A stretch of DNA of 64,000 nt from NCBI GenBank assembly GCA_021801645.1, contig JAJYXT010000100.1:4364-68363 (forward strand), given 5' to 3'. The position numbers and the translations under genes are program-made. Source of the stretch: a bacterium (GTDB taxonomy: Bacteria > Chloroflexota > Dormibacteria > Aeolococcales > Bog-877). Shown piece by piece: positions 42,906-52,057 of the stretch. Every line of letters starts with the position of its first letter. The stretch's first letter is position 1. Below the pieces are notes generated by a model that was not told the origin of the DNA, made no database searches, and saw only the letters and a list, made by a program, of their open reading frames with translations.

Positions 42906-45623
42906 TCAGCCGCGCTCCACCGCGAAGCGCTTGGCGCCCACCGGCAGTGACGGCGGAGGCGCCTCTATCCTCGCCCGGGCGTCCACCACGTACGCCCCCC
43001 TCTCGGTCACCACCACCGGGTTGCATTCCACCTCCGCCAGCGCCGGATGCTCCTCGGCCAAGGCGGCCAGGGCGGCCAGCGTCCGGACTGCGGCGTCCAC
43101 GTCGACCGGCGGGGCGCCACGGAAGCCGGTGAGGAGCGGGTAGGTGCCCAGCTCCCTGAGCATCTCGCCGGCATCGGTGGGTGAGACCGGGGCCAGCCGG
43201 ACCGAGGTGTCATGGAGCAGCTCCACCGCGGTTCCCCCGGCCCCACAGGCCACCACGGTCCCGAACTGGTGGTCGCGCACGGCTCCCATCAGCAGTTCGA
43301 CCCCGCCCTCCAACTGGGGCTGGACCAGGAACGACTCCACGTCTACGTCCTGACCGCGCAGCCTCGTCGCCATCTCCCGGGCGGCCTCCACGACCTCCTC
43401 CTCGGAGCGAAGCCCGAGCCGCACCGCTCCCAGCTCACTCTTGTGCAGGATTGCTCGCCCCGCTCCCTTCAGCACCACGGGAAAGCCCAGCTCCGCGGCC
43501 TGCCGGGCCGCGTCCTGGGGGTCTGAGGCCTGCCTTGTGGGCAGGACCTGGATGCCGTACTCCTGAAGGAGGCTGTCAGTCTCCTCACTTCGGAGCCATC
43601 TGGGTCCGGCTCGAAGCCAGTCGGACAGCAGGGCGGCCACCCGGAGCTGCTCCGGCGCCGGGGTTCCCTCCTCATCCCCCTCGGGCCGCTCCCGCCACCG
43701 CCTGAGGCGCAGCGCCGCGGCGAGGACCCGAGCGGGATTCTCAGGGAACGGGTATGAGGGCACCTGCACATCTCCCGAACGGAGCTGCTCGGGAACCCCC
43801 TCGCTGGTCATGAACACGGTGACCACGGGGAGCCGGCGGGTCAGGGCGCCTGCCGCCTCCCGTATGGCTGCGGCCACATCCTCCGCCCGGGTCACCAGGG
43901 GAGGGGTGAAGATCACCACCAGCGCATCGACCCCCGGGTCCGAGCTCACCACCTCGATGGCCCGCCGGTAGTCCTCGGCCGAGGCGCTCGCGATCATGTC
44001 GACCGGGTTCCCGGTGGCGGCCTCGGGCGGCAGGAAGCTCTGCAACTGCTCCCGGGTCTGCGGCTGCAGCTCCGCCACCGCGAGTGAGTTGGCCTCCAGG
44101 GCGTCCGAGCAGAGGATCGCAGGCCCCCCGGAGTTGGTGATGATGCCGACCCTCGGCCCCTCCGGCAGCGGCTGGGTGGCGAGCATGGAGAGCAGATCGA
44201 AGAGGTCGGAGAGGGTCTCGGTGCGCAGCACCCCGGTGTGCTTGAAAAGAGCGTCTACGGTGGCGTCTGAGGCGGCCACCAGGGAGGCGGTGTGGGAGGC
44301 GGCTGCCCGGGCTCCGGCCTTGCCCCGTCCGCTTCGGACCGCCACGATGGGCTTGCGCCGCGACACCCGGGCTGCGATCTGGGCGAACTTGCGCGGGTTG
44401 CCGAAGGATTCCAGGTACAGCGCCACCAGCTCGGTCCGAGGGTCGTTCTCCCAGTAGCACAGGAGGTCGTTGCTGCTGAGGTCGGCCTTGTTGCCCACCG
44501 AGACGAAGCTGCTGAGTCCCAGCCCCAGCGTCCTGGTGCTCTCGATGATGGCAAGCCCCAGCGCCCCGCTTTGGGAGAGGAAGCCGATGGTCCCCGGCCA
44601 CGGTGTGGAGGGGGCGAAGGTGGCGTTGAGCCGGACATCCTCGGCGGTGTTGAGGACCCCCATGCAGTTTGGGCCCACCAGCCGCATCCCCGACTCCCCA
44701 CAGATGCGAAGTAGCTCCCGCTGGCGCTCCTGTCCCGCGGGGCCGGCCTCCGCGAAACCGGCGGAGATCACCACAAGCGCCCTCACCTGCTTGTCCACAC
44801 ACTGCCGGGCGACGTCGTTGACCGCCTTGGCGGGAACACAGACCACGGCCACGTCCACTGGGCCCGGTATCGCTGTCACCGAGCGGTAGGCGGCCACCGA
44901 CTGGACCACCGAAGCGGCCGGGTTGACCGGATACACCGGACCCTGGAAGCCGTACTCCAGCAGGTTGTGGAAGACCTCCCCTCCGATGGTTCCGCGGTCC
45001 CGGCTGGCTCCCACGACCGCCACCGAACGGGGTTCCAGGACCGCCGCGACCGCGGCCGCCGCCGCCTGGCTCTCCCGCTCCAGGAACCGCTGCCGGGCAC
45101 CCTTGGTGATCTCGGTGGGGAATTCGACGGCCACCGATCCCGGCTGGGAGTCGGTGTGCAGGGCGAAACCGCTGTTGGCGAAGACCTCGATCATCGCCGA
45201 GTTCTCCGGCAGCACCGAGGCCTCGAAGACGCCGATCCCCAGACGGTTGGCCGCCTCTGCCAGCTGGGCCAGCATGATCGAGGCCAGTCCCTGACCCTGG
45301 TATTCGTCCACCACGGTGAAGGCGACCTCGGCCCGGCCCGGGGAGGTGGCGATGCAGATGGCGTGGGCGAGCGGGCGCGGAGGATCCCCCTGAACGGCCA
45401 GCAGCCCGAAACTCCGCCTGCCATCCACCTGCACCAGGAGGTCGGAGGTGGCCTCCAGGTCGACTGCGCCTGAGAAGAAGCGGGTGGCCAGCGCCCTCTC
45501 GGAGAGGCTGGCCAGCAGCTGCCGGACCAGCTGCCCATCCGCCGGCGTGAGCTCGCGGAGCCGGGCGGTGGACCCATCCCGGAGCACGACCTCGCTCGCA
45601 TGGAGAAGCGCCTCGTCGACCAT
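42906..45623 (-). CDS. GNAT acetyltransferase fused to NDP-forming acyl-CoA synthetase-like domains (Pat-type protein acetyltransferase)
   Basis: N-terminal GNAT (VVDEYQGQGLASIMLAQL), a CoA-binding domain (RSVAVVGASRD...VYPVNP), a ligase-CoA domain and a C-terminal ATP-grasp (GFPVVLKG...HKSELGAV). Confidence 0.9.
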   Translation of the reverse strand: MVDEALLHASEVVLRDGSTARLRELTPADGQLVRQLLASLSERALATRFFSGAVDLEATSDLLVQVDGRRSFGLLAVQGDPPRPLAHAICIATSPGRAEVAFTVVDEYQGQGLASIMLAQLAEAANRLGIGVFEASVLPENSAMIEVFANSGFALHTDSQPGSVAVEFPTEITKGARQRFLERESQAAAAAVAAVLEPRSVAVVGASRDRGTIGGEVFHNLLEYGFQGPVYPVNPAASVVQSVAAYRSVTAIPGPVDVAVVCVPAKAVNDVARQCVDKQVRALVVISAGFAEAGPAGQERQRELLRICGESGMRLVGPNCMGVLNTAEDVRLNATFAPSTPWPGTIGFLSQSGALGLAIIESTRTLGLGLSSFVSVGNKADLSSNDLLCYWENDPRTELVALYLESFGNPRKFAQIAARVSRRKPIVAVRSGRGKAGARAAASHTASLVAASDATVDALFKHTGVLRTETLSDLFDLLSMLATQPLPEGPRVGIITNSGGPAILCSDALEANSLAVAELQPQTREQLQSFLPPEAATGNPVDMIASASAEDYRRAIEVVSSDPGVDALVVIFTPPLVTRAEDVAAAIREAAGALTRRLPVVTVFMTSEGVPEQLRSGDVQVPSYPFPENPARVLAAALRLRRWRERPEGDEEGTPAPEQLRVAALLSDWLRAGPRWLRSEETDSLLQEYGIQVLPTRQASDPQDAARQAAELGFPVVLKGAGRAILHKSELGAVRLGLRSEEEVVEAAREMATRLRGQDVDVESFLVQPQLEGGVELLMGAVRDHQFGTVVACGAGGTAVELLHDTSVRLAPVSPTDAGEMLRELGTYPLLTGFRGAPPVDVDAAVRTLAALAALAEEHPALAEVECNPVVVTERGAYVVDARARIEAPPPSLPVGAKRFAVERG

Positions 45624-45769
45624 GGTCTATGGTTTAGCGCACCCAGGCCCCGGGCGGCGCGGGTGATTCCCACCGCCCAGCTTGGCAACTTCACCCGAGC
45701 GTGGTTCCACCCGCTCCGCTCCCCGTGGTAACACCCTGCCCCAGAGGAGCGGGGGGACCGATGATCAGG

Positions 45770-46030
45770 TCATGGCGGCAGGGTTGCGCTCGGCTTTGCG
45801 GAAGATGGAGGGGGCTCCGGCGGTAACGGTCCGCCTTAGGCCCGTGGCCGAAGGCAGGGGCCGGACCTGGCGGGAGATGATGGCACTGCTCCCGCAAGTG
45901 GAGCCGGTGTGGCTCTCATCCGAACAGCAGACTTGCACCGAATGCGACTCCGTGCCTGGGCTGACGACCCTGCCGCCTGATTCCTACATCGGCTGACACC
46001 GGCGGGCCTGGGAGCCCGCGTCTTGCCTTT
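45770..46030 (+). promoter_or_regulatory. candidate structured 5' leader (riboswitch-like, class unresolved) ending in a terminator-like hairpin
   Basis: It lies in a 435-bp gap with no convincing ORF. GCACUGCUCCCGCAAGUG (45883-45900) and GGGCUGACGACCCUGCCGCC (45958-45977) loosely resemble cobalamin-riboswitch core and B12-box segments. Hairpin GCGGGC-cuggga-GCCCGC (46002-46019) is followed by GUCUUGCCUUU. Confidence 0.3.
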
Positions 46031-46058
46031 GGCTGGAGCCCTAGCTAGTCTCCGGTGC

Positions 46059-46787
46059 ATGGCCGAGCCTCGGGAGGACCCGGAGTTTCGCACCACCCTC
46101 ACCCCGGAGGAGGTGGCACGCATCCGGCGGTGGCATGAGGATGCCTACCAGGCGGCCAAGGGGGAGTCCGTACGGCCCAGGTCATACGGCTACCTGGGGC
46201 TCCGCCTGGTCGTCCCCTGCGAGGTGCAGCCGATCACCGGCGTCTCCCACCTCCTGGGAGAGGCGGTGCTGCGCGAGGTGCACGCCGGAGAACGGGTCCT
46301 GGACATGGGCACCGGGTGCGGGGTGAACGCACTCCTGGCGGCTGGTCAGGGCGCCCAGGTGGTGGCGGTGGACGTGAGCCCGCTGGCCGTGGCCGCCGCC
46401 CGGGACAATGCCCGGCGCAACCACCTCGCGGGGGCGGTGGACATCCGCCAGAGCGACGTCTTCTCAGCGGTCAGAGAGCGCTTCGACCTCATCATCTTCG
46501 ACCCGCCATTCCGGTGGTTCCAGCCGCGCGACCTCCTTGAAGTCGCCACCTCCGACCACAACTATCGGACCCTGACCAAGTTCTTCCTCGAGGTGAGATC
46601 CCACCTCACCCCGTCCGGTCGGCTCCTGGTCTTCTTCGGCAGCTCCGGTGACCTCGGCTATCTCAGATGGCTGGTCGGACACGCGGGCTTCCGGCAGGAG
46701 GTGGTGGCTCGCGCCGAACTCGCCCGGGGTGATCAGCTGGTGGAGTACCTGACCTTGCGCCTCACCCAGGCGCCCTCCCGCCCCTGA
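46059..46787 (+). CDS. class I SAM-dependent methyltransferase (HemK/PrmC-like fold)
   Basis: VLDMGTGCGVNAL (motif I), VVAVDVSP and the DPPF motif (IIFDPPF). Start set at ATG 46059; the track start is TTG 46023. Confidence 0.8.
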   Translation: MAEPREDPEFRTTLTPEEVARIRRWHEDAYQAAKGESVRPRSYGYLGLRLVVPCEVQPITGVSHLLGEAVLREVHAGERVLDMGTGCGVNALLAAGQGAQVVAVDVSPLAVAAARDNARRNHLAGAVDIRQSDVFSAVRERFDLIIFDPPFRWFQPRDLLEVATSDHNYRTLTKFFLEVRSHLTPSGRLLVFFGSSGDLGYLRWLVGHAGFRQEVVARAELARGDQLVEYLTLRLTQAPSRP

Positions 46788-46808
46788 TCCGGGGGCGTCT
46801 CGGTGGCC

Positions 46809-47507
46809 TCAGTCCTCGGTCGGCAGGTGGACGAACATGGTCTGGATGCCCACCCTACCCGGGCCACGGAGCCGGTTGAACACCAGCCGGCCCACGCCGG
46901 CGAAGATCCCGGTGCGCAGGCCGTAGACGGTGGGGCGCATGCGCACGTTGGGGTCCATGTACACCCATCCCCCGGGCTCCACGTCTATCTCCTCCCCCGC
47001 CTCCAGCTCCTTCTCCAGGACGTTGCCGTACCCGTGGAGCCAGACCACCCCATCCCCGTCCCGGGCCTCAAAGCGGTCCACCCAGAACCCGTTGTCCCCG
47101 AAGAGGTTGTTGGAGATCCCTCGGATCCGCGAGGCGCTGTACCGGGTCGAGGCGGTGGCGGCCAGGAACTGGTGCTCGCGGACCAGGATGGCGGCTCCGC
47201 GGGGAAGCTCCAGGGGGAACACATGCCCCGGGGCGTCCCGGGAGAAGGCGATCTCCCCTCTCCCCCGGGCCTCGGTGAGGAAGACCTCCCGCCCGGCCAC
47301 CAGCCGCCGGGCGGCTCCCCGAACCGCCGCCAGCCGGATGTCCACCTGGGGGTCCTTCCAGAGGACCACGTGGTGCTCGAAGTACAGCGGCATGGAACCG
47401 TCGAGGTGGCAATGGAGGAGGGGCACCAGCTCCCCCTGGATGCTGTACTCCACCCCTGGCCCCTGCCCGCCGCGGAGGGCGGTGGGTAGCAGGTGAGGGG
47501 GGTTCAA
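46809..47507 (-). CDS. AIM24/TIGR00266-family protein
   Basis: VEYSIQGELVPLLHCHLDG...VVWLHGYGNVLEKELEAGEEIDVEPGGWVYMDP resembles the AIM24/DUF124 beta-rich family. The start may lie downstream of 47507. Confidence 0.75.
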   Translation of the reverse strand: MNPPHLLPTALRGGQGPGVEYSIQGELVPLLHCHLDGSMPLYFEHHVVLWKDPQVDIRLAAVRGAARRLVAGREVFLTEARGRGEIAFSRDAPGHVFPLELPRGAAILVREHQFLAATASTRYSASRIRGISNNLFGDNGFWVDRFEARDGDGVVWLHGYGNVLEKELEAGEEIDVEPGGWVYMDPNVRMRPTVYGLRTGIFAGVGRLVFNRLRGPGRVGIQTMFVHLPTED

Positions 47508-47572
47508 GGCGCCTGCCGGTTAGTGGTCATGGCCGGACTGTACGTCCGCTGGGGAACCGGGTACGAGCCCGG

Positions 47573-48439
47573 TCAGAGATGGATGGTCGGGACACCACCC
47601 GCCGTCACCGTGAAGGAGGCCCACATTCCCAGCCCCTCGTGCCCCGGGACCAGGCAGGCGATCCGGAAGGAGCCCACGGCCGAGGCCACGAAGGAGAAGG
47701 TGAGTCTCCCGCCCGGGTTCAGACCCACGGTGGGATCAGGGCTGCTGGCTCCGGGGAACACCGGGGTGGTGCCCGTGGGCGTCACCACCGCCGCGGAGTG
47801 GTTGATGGTGGCGGCATTGCTGAAGTCCACCACCACGGTCCAGCCCACCGGCACCGAGACCGCCAGCTGGCCATTCGAGTAGCCGTCATAGCTGAGCCCG
47901 CGGTTCACCCCCTTGTAGCCGGCGACCAGCTTCAGGGTGGCGGAGCGGGCGGCGGGATCGTAGCTGAGCCACTGGTCGAGGGTGATGCTGGTGGGGGTCG
48001 GGGTGGGGCTGGGCCGGACCTTGGGGGTCGGCGTGGGGGTGGGTGTGGGCGGGATGAAGAACTTGGGGCTGGCGGTTATGAGCCCATCGGCGGTCACGGT
48101 CACGGAGGGGGCCACGCTGGTCTGACCGGCGACCACCCAGGAGACGAAGGGATTGGTCGTGGGGTTGGTGGCCTGCGCGGTGAGGGTCGCCTGCTGCCCG
48201 CAGCTGAGGGGAATGGTGGTGGTCCCGAGGTCGAGGCGTCTGGTGGTGCCCCCGACCCGCGCCTGCACCGTCCCCAGTAGCCCTGAGCCCGCGGCCGGGA
48301 TCTGGACGGTGACCGAGCAGCCGACTCCCTGAGAGGGTGAGTTCAGCGGTCCTCTGCCGCACCCCACCAACAGGAGCCCGCCGGCCGCAATCAGGGAGAG
48401 GGGAGCTGCGGCCAAACGGATGGGCGCACCACGAGTCAT
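47573..48439 (-). CDS. lipoprotein with C-terminal sulfocyanin-like type-1 copper (cupredoxin) domain
   Basis: Start set at ATG 48439. Lipobox LLLVGCG, a PTPTPTPTP linker, then copper ligands NHSAAV and CLVPGHEGLGMW (C..PGH...GM). The track ORF extends to 48652. Confidence 0.75.
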   Translation of the reverse strand: MTRGAPIRLAAAPLSLIAAGGLLLVGCGRGPLNSPSQGVGCSVTVQIPAAGSGLLGTVQARVGGTTRRLDLGTTTIPLSCGQQATLTAQATNPTTNPFVSWVVAGQTSVAPSVTVTADGLITASPKFFIPPTPTPTPTPKVRPSPTPTPTSITLDQWLSYDPAARSATLKLVAGYKGVNRGLSYDGYSNGQLAVSVPVGWTVVVDFSNAATINHSAAVVTPTGTTPVFPGASSPDPTVGLNPGGRLTFSFVASAVGSFRIACLVPGHEGLGMWASFTVTAGGVPTIHL

Positions 48440-48545
48440 CCCTGGGAATCCCCTGGCACCATCCCCCTCAGAGTACCGGATCGGCAGGTCGCCCCGGCCC
48501 TCCGGCGGGTGCGCGGTGCGTCCGGCCGCGGTAGGGTATGCGCGT

Positions 48546-48836
48546 ATGGCAGCCGTCCAGCCGGTCGTCACCCACGGCACCGGGCACTCCGCCAGCGAGG
48601 AGCGGGACCGCCCTTGGCAGGTGGTGGTCTGGAACGACCCCGTGACCCTCATGAGCTACGTGGTGGTGGTGTTCCGTCGGCTCTTCGGGTACGACCTGGA
48701 GACCGCCACCCAGCTCATGTTGAAGGTCCACGTGGAGGGCCGGGCGGTGGTCGCGACCGAGCCTCGTGAGCGCGCCGAGGTGTCCGTGGCGCAGCTCCAC
48801 GCCCACGGTCTCCAGGCGACCCTGGCCCGCGACTGA
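48546..48836 (+). CDS. clpS: ATP-dependent Clp protease adaptor ClpS
   Basis: PWQVVVWNDPVTLMSYVVVVFRRLFGYDLETATQLMLKVHVEGRAVV is the ClpS core. Start set at ATG 48546; the track ORF starts at 48420. Confidence 0.85.
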   Translation: MAAVQPVVTHGTGHSASEERDRPWQVVVWNDPVTLMSYVVVVFRRLFGYDLETATQLMLKVHVEGRAVVATEPRERAEVSVAQLHAHGLQATLARD

Positions 48837-48838
48837 GC

Positions 48839-49282
48839 TTGGCGGAGATCCGCCGCGAGGGCGATCTGACGGTCTTCCAGCTCGAGCCCAAGGAGCGGCA
48901 GGTGCTGCTGGAGATCGTGGACCGGATCGAGCCGATGCTGGGCAGCTCCCACTGGGTGGCCCCCCGAGCCTACCGGGAGGAGGAGCTGGAGCGCGAGTTC
49001 CGCCGGCTGGCTGGGGAGGATCTGGAGCGCGCCCGCCAGGCGGACCTGGCGACCCTGAGGGAAGGGCTCTCCGGCCCATTGCCGGTCCGTCTCGGGGACC
49101 CCGAGGTCTGGGGGTGGGTCAGGGCCCTCAACTTCCTGAGGCTGGCCCTGGCGGAACAGCTGGGAATCGCCGAGGACGGCTGGGAGGAGGGCTACTCCCC
49201 CCGCCAGCACCGCCGCCCGCCCCTGGCCACCCTCCACCTGCTCAGCTGGTTGCAGGAGGAGCTCATCGACTCTCTGGCCTGA
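48839..49282 (+). CDS. DUF2017-family protein (ClpS-associated)
   Basis: 147 aa, starting 2 nt after clpS. LTVFQLEPKERQVLLEIVDRIEPML and its position after clpS match the actinobacterial DUF2017 arrangement. Confidence 0.7.
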   Translation: MAEIRREGDLTVFQLEPKERQVLLEIVDRIEPMLGSSHWVAPRAYREEELEREFRRLAGEDLERARQADLATLREGLSGPLPVRLGDPEVWGWVRALNFLRLALAEQLGIAEDGWEEGYSPRQHRRPPLATLHLLSWLQEELIDSLA

Positions 49283-49397
49283 GCCATCCCTCGGGTGGGT
49301 CGGTCCCCGGGGACCGTCTCGGCGGTGCCCTTGCCGGCGGGTTGGGGGGCGGGCCAGGGGTCAGCCGCCGGGCACGAGGGGCGGGCGCTGTCCCGCC

Positions 49398-49703
49398 CTA
49401 GGCCGAATCGCCTGACTTGAGCCAGAGCCACCACCGCTGGACGCTGGTGATGGTGAGGACCGTGCCCCGCCAGGGGTCCTGGGCGAGAGCGCTGTGCGCG
49501 GCGGGCTCATCTTCAGCCTCCACCAGCAAGAGGGCGTCCCCCGCGTCGACGTCGTAGCCAAGCGGGCCGCCGATCAGAATGCGGCCCCGATCGACCAGGG
49601 CATCCATGAACGCGGCGTGCGCTTCGAACCCGTCCTGGGCACGACGCGGTCGCGCTGGGTCCCAGGCGGGGCCGTGACTCAGGCGGACCAGGTAGTGCGG
49701 CAT
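49398..49703 (-). CDS. YciI-family protein
   Basis: Start set at ATG 49703 (MPHYLVRLSHGPAWDP...HAAFMDALVDRGRILIGGPLG...ALLLVEAEDEPAAHSALAQDPW). The track ORF extends to 50090. Confidence 0.8.
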   Translation of the reverse strand: MPHYLVRLSHGPAWDPARPRRAQDGFEAHAAFMDALVDRGRILIGGPLGYDVDAGDALLLVEAEDEPAAHSALAQDPWRGTVLTITSVQRWWLWLKSGDSA

Positions 49704-50016
49704 CGGGCAAGGGTACCCGGTGCCGGTGGAACTGGTGCGCCGCGGCCAGACGGTGGGGCGCCGCGGCCAAGTTCGGAAGAGGTCCGGGGGACCCTTGTGT
49801 CGCCAACGGCTCCGGCCGGACGTGGCTGCACCAGTGGTGGGCACCCGGGGCCCGCCGGGTGCCCCAGAGTGGCGGAGCGCGGCCGCCCGGCGCTGGAGTT
49901 GACCTGGCGGGGTCGCTGCCTGGCCAACACCTGCCTGCGCGTGCCTTCCGCCTGTTCCCGGCCGCAGGAGGTGCCTCGCCGGCTCAGGGCGCCGCCGCCT
50001 CCGGAGGTGATCGCCG

Positions 50017-51471
50017 CTAGCCCCGGCCCTCGGCCCAGACCTCGGCCATCCAGGCCTCCACCTCGTCGGCCCGCGAGGGGAGCGCTGCACTGAGCACCCG
50101 GCAGCCGTCGGCTGTCACCACCACGTCGTCCTCGATCCTGACCCCGATCCCCCGCAGCTCCGCCGGGACGGTGCCGTCGTGGGGCTGGAAGTAGAGCCCG
50201 GGCTCCACGGTGAGCACCATTCCCTCCACCAGCGGGCCCTTGGGATAGAGCTCCTGGGCGGCGTGGGCGCAGTCGTGGACATCCAGGCCGAGCATGTGAC
50301 TGACCCCGTGGAGCGTGTAGCGCTGGTGCAGCTGGCTGTCCGGGGCCAGCGCCTTCTCGGCGCTCACCGGCAGGATCCCCATCTCCTCGAGCCCCTGGGC
50401 CAGGACCCGCTGCGCCGCCCGGTTTGGGGCCTGGAAGTCGTTTCCCGGCCGCACCTCGGCAAAGCCGGCCTGCTGGGCGGCCCAGACCAGATCGTAGACC
50501 CGGCGCTGCTCCCTGGTGAAGCGGCCGCTTATCGGCAGGGTGCGGGTCACGTCGGCGGTGTAGTAGCGCTGCGTCTCCACCCCGGCGTCCAGGAGGAGGA
50601 GTTCCCCCGGACGCAGCTGCCCGGTGTTGTGGCTCCAGTGGAGGATGGTGGCGTGTGCCCCGGCGGCGGCGATGGTGGGGTACCCGGTGTCATAGCCACC
50701 GGTGCGCGCCCGGCGGAAGAAGACCGCCTCAACGTCCCTCTCAGATCGGCTTGCGGGAAGCTCCCGGACCACATCACCGAATGCGGCCGCGGTGAGGTCA
50801 ACCGCCTCCTGCAGGAGGTCGACCTCCAGCTGGTCCTTGACAAGCCGCATCTCCGAGAGCCGGGCCTGGAAATCCTCGTCCGGCCCCGCGATGTCCGCCG
50901 CCAGCTGGTCGACGGTGGGATCCAGCCCCCGCAGCACCGCCCCCCGGTCATGGGCCGCGAGTACCCGGGGCAGCTCAGCGAGGGAGCGCGCCTCGAGGCC
51001 AAACCGCGAAGCCGTCGCCCTCAGTCCCCGCCGGGGCCCGACCCAGAAGACGCCCTTGGCCCGATCGGTGAAGAACTCCGACCGCGTGAAGTCGGCCTCG
51101 GGCTCACAGTAGAGACGGGCCAAATGGCCGCCCCCCTCCTGGGGCTCCAGCACCAGGACCTCATCCGGCTCCCCATCCCCTACGAGGTACAGGAAGTCGG
51201 TGCCGGGGCGGAAGCGATACTCGGTGTCGTTGGAGCGGACCCTGCCCACTCCGCTGGGGACGACCAGCAGCTGGCCCGGGAACATCTCCGAGATCCGGCG
51301 GCGGCGCTCCTGGTAGAGCTCCAGCCCACTGATGGGGCTCACCGACTCAGCTGGAAGCGGCTCCCACCCCTGGGTCATGAACTCCAGCAGGGCGGACGGA
51401 GGGACCCGGTCGTAGTTGGTGCGAGCGCCCTGGCTCTCCGTAGCGCCCTTCTCCCCCTCCAGCTCGCTCAC
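50017..51471 (-). CDS. Xaa-Pro aminopeptidase (M24B, aminopeptidase P family)
   Basis: N-terminal AMP_N domain and an M24 core with metal ligands (LLLDAGVE..YYTADVTRT, HGVSHMLGLDVHD, VLTVEPGLY, GIGVRIEDDV). Confidence 0.9.
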   Translation of the reverse strand: MSELEGEKGATESQGARTNYDRVPPSALLEFMTQGWEPLPAESVSPISGLELYQERRRRISEMFPGQLLVVPSGVGRVRSNDTEYRFRPGTDFLYLVGDGEPDEVLVLEPQEGGGHLARLYCEPEADFTRSEFFTDRAKGVFWVGPRRGLRATASRFGLEARSLAELPRVLAAHDRGAVLRGLDPTVDQLAADIAGPDEDFQARLSEMRLVKDQLEVDLLQEAVDLTAAAFGDVVRELPASRSERDVEAVFFRRARTGGYDTGYPTIAAAGAHATILHWSHNTGQLRPGELLLLDAGVETQRYYTADVTRTLPISGRFTREQRRVYDLVWAAQQAGFAEVRPGNDFQAPNRAAQRVLAQGLEEMGILPVSAEKALAPDSQLHQRYTLHGVSHMLGLDVHDCAHAAQELYPKGPLVEGMVLTVEPGLYFQPHDGTVPAELRGIGVRIEDDVVVTADGCRVLSAALPSRADEVEAWMAEVWAEGRG

Positions 51472-51917
51472 CCGGCGATCTTAACCGCCCCGGTCTCCCC
51501 CGCACTCGGAGCTGGTGTCGGCGGACCCGGCCACCCGTGGCGGCGGTGCCACTCGAGGTCGAGCAGCTCAGCCAGACGGGTGCGGACCTGAGGCCCGAGG
51601 CGCCGGGAGCGGGCCGCGCTCCGTTCCCCTAGGCGCAGTGCCTCCTCGTAGGCCCAGGCATCGAAGATCGCCGCCAAGAGCAGGAGGCCCGGGGCCCTCA
51701 GGGGATGCGCCCAGAACCGGCGCCGGGACATCGCGACGCCCACCACGCACCCCTCCCGCGCCGGACCGGGCCCCCTCCAACCCAGGTCGGCTCGCCGAAT
51801 GGGCAACCCGGCGGCGAGATGGGCGCGCGCCCGGTCCAGCGAGGCGTGGTCCAGAGCGTGCAGGCCCTGAAGCAGGCGCCGGTCATGTGCTCGCAGCTCA
51901 GGTGGCGGAGCGGGCAT
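51468..51917 (-). CDS. hypothetical protein
   Basis: 149-aa ORF whose stop overlaps the aminopeptidase start by 4 nt. No recognisable family. Coding status rests on position and frame only. Confidence 0.4.
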   Translation of the reverse strand: MPAPPPELRAHDRRLLQGLHALDHASLDRARAHLAAGLPIRRADLGWRGPGPAREGCVVGVAMSRRRFWAHPLRAPGLLLLAAIFDAWAYEEALRLGERSAARSRRLGPQVRTRLAELLDLEWHRRHGWPGPPTPAPSAGETGAVKIAG

Positions 51918-52057
51918 CGGGGTCTCACCTAACGGAGCGTCCTGTGGCTTGCGGGCCAGTTTAGACCCGCCCGGGGAGAGGGATGCGGGGAGGAAAGGCG
52001 GCCCGGCCGGTAACCTTGTGGGCCGTGCGCAGTGTCGAGACGTTTGAGGTGCAGGTG

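Noticed and set aside
45770-45985. Firm assignment of the leader to the cobalamin, ZTP, SAM or RNase P RNA families
   Set aside because: I found only partial motif resemblance by eye. Key conserved elements (GGGAA/GGUG..AAUCC/GCCACUG for cobalamin; GAGGAAAGUCCGGGC for RNase P) are absent or degenerate. A covariance-model search is needed.
45682-45996. 104-codon ORF in the 435-bp gap, considered as a real protein gene
   Set aside because: Third-position GC is lower than in neighbouring genes, there is no recognisable family, and the start is TTG without an SD. I prefer a non-coding interpretation, but it is not excluded.
49301-49398. GC hairpins between the convergent DUF2017 and YciI genes (16-nt palindrome CGGTCCCCGGGGACCG; GGGCGGG-n6-CCCGCCC) as intrinsic terminators
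   Set aside because: These are plausible transcription stops, but no U-tract follows either hairpin. That is too weak to list as features.
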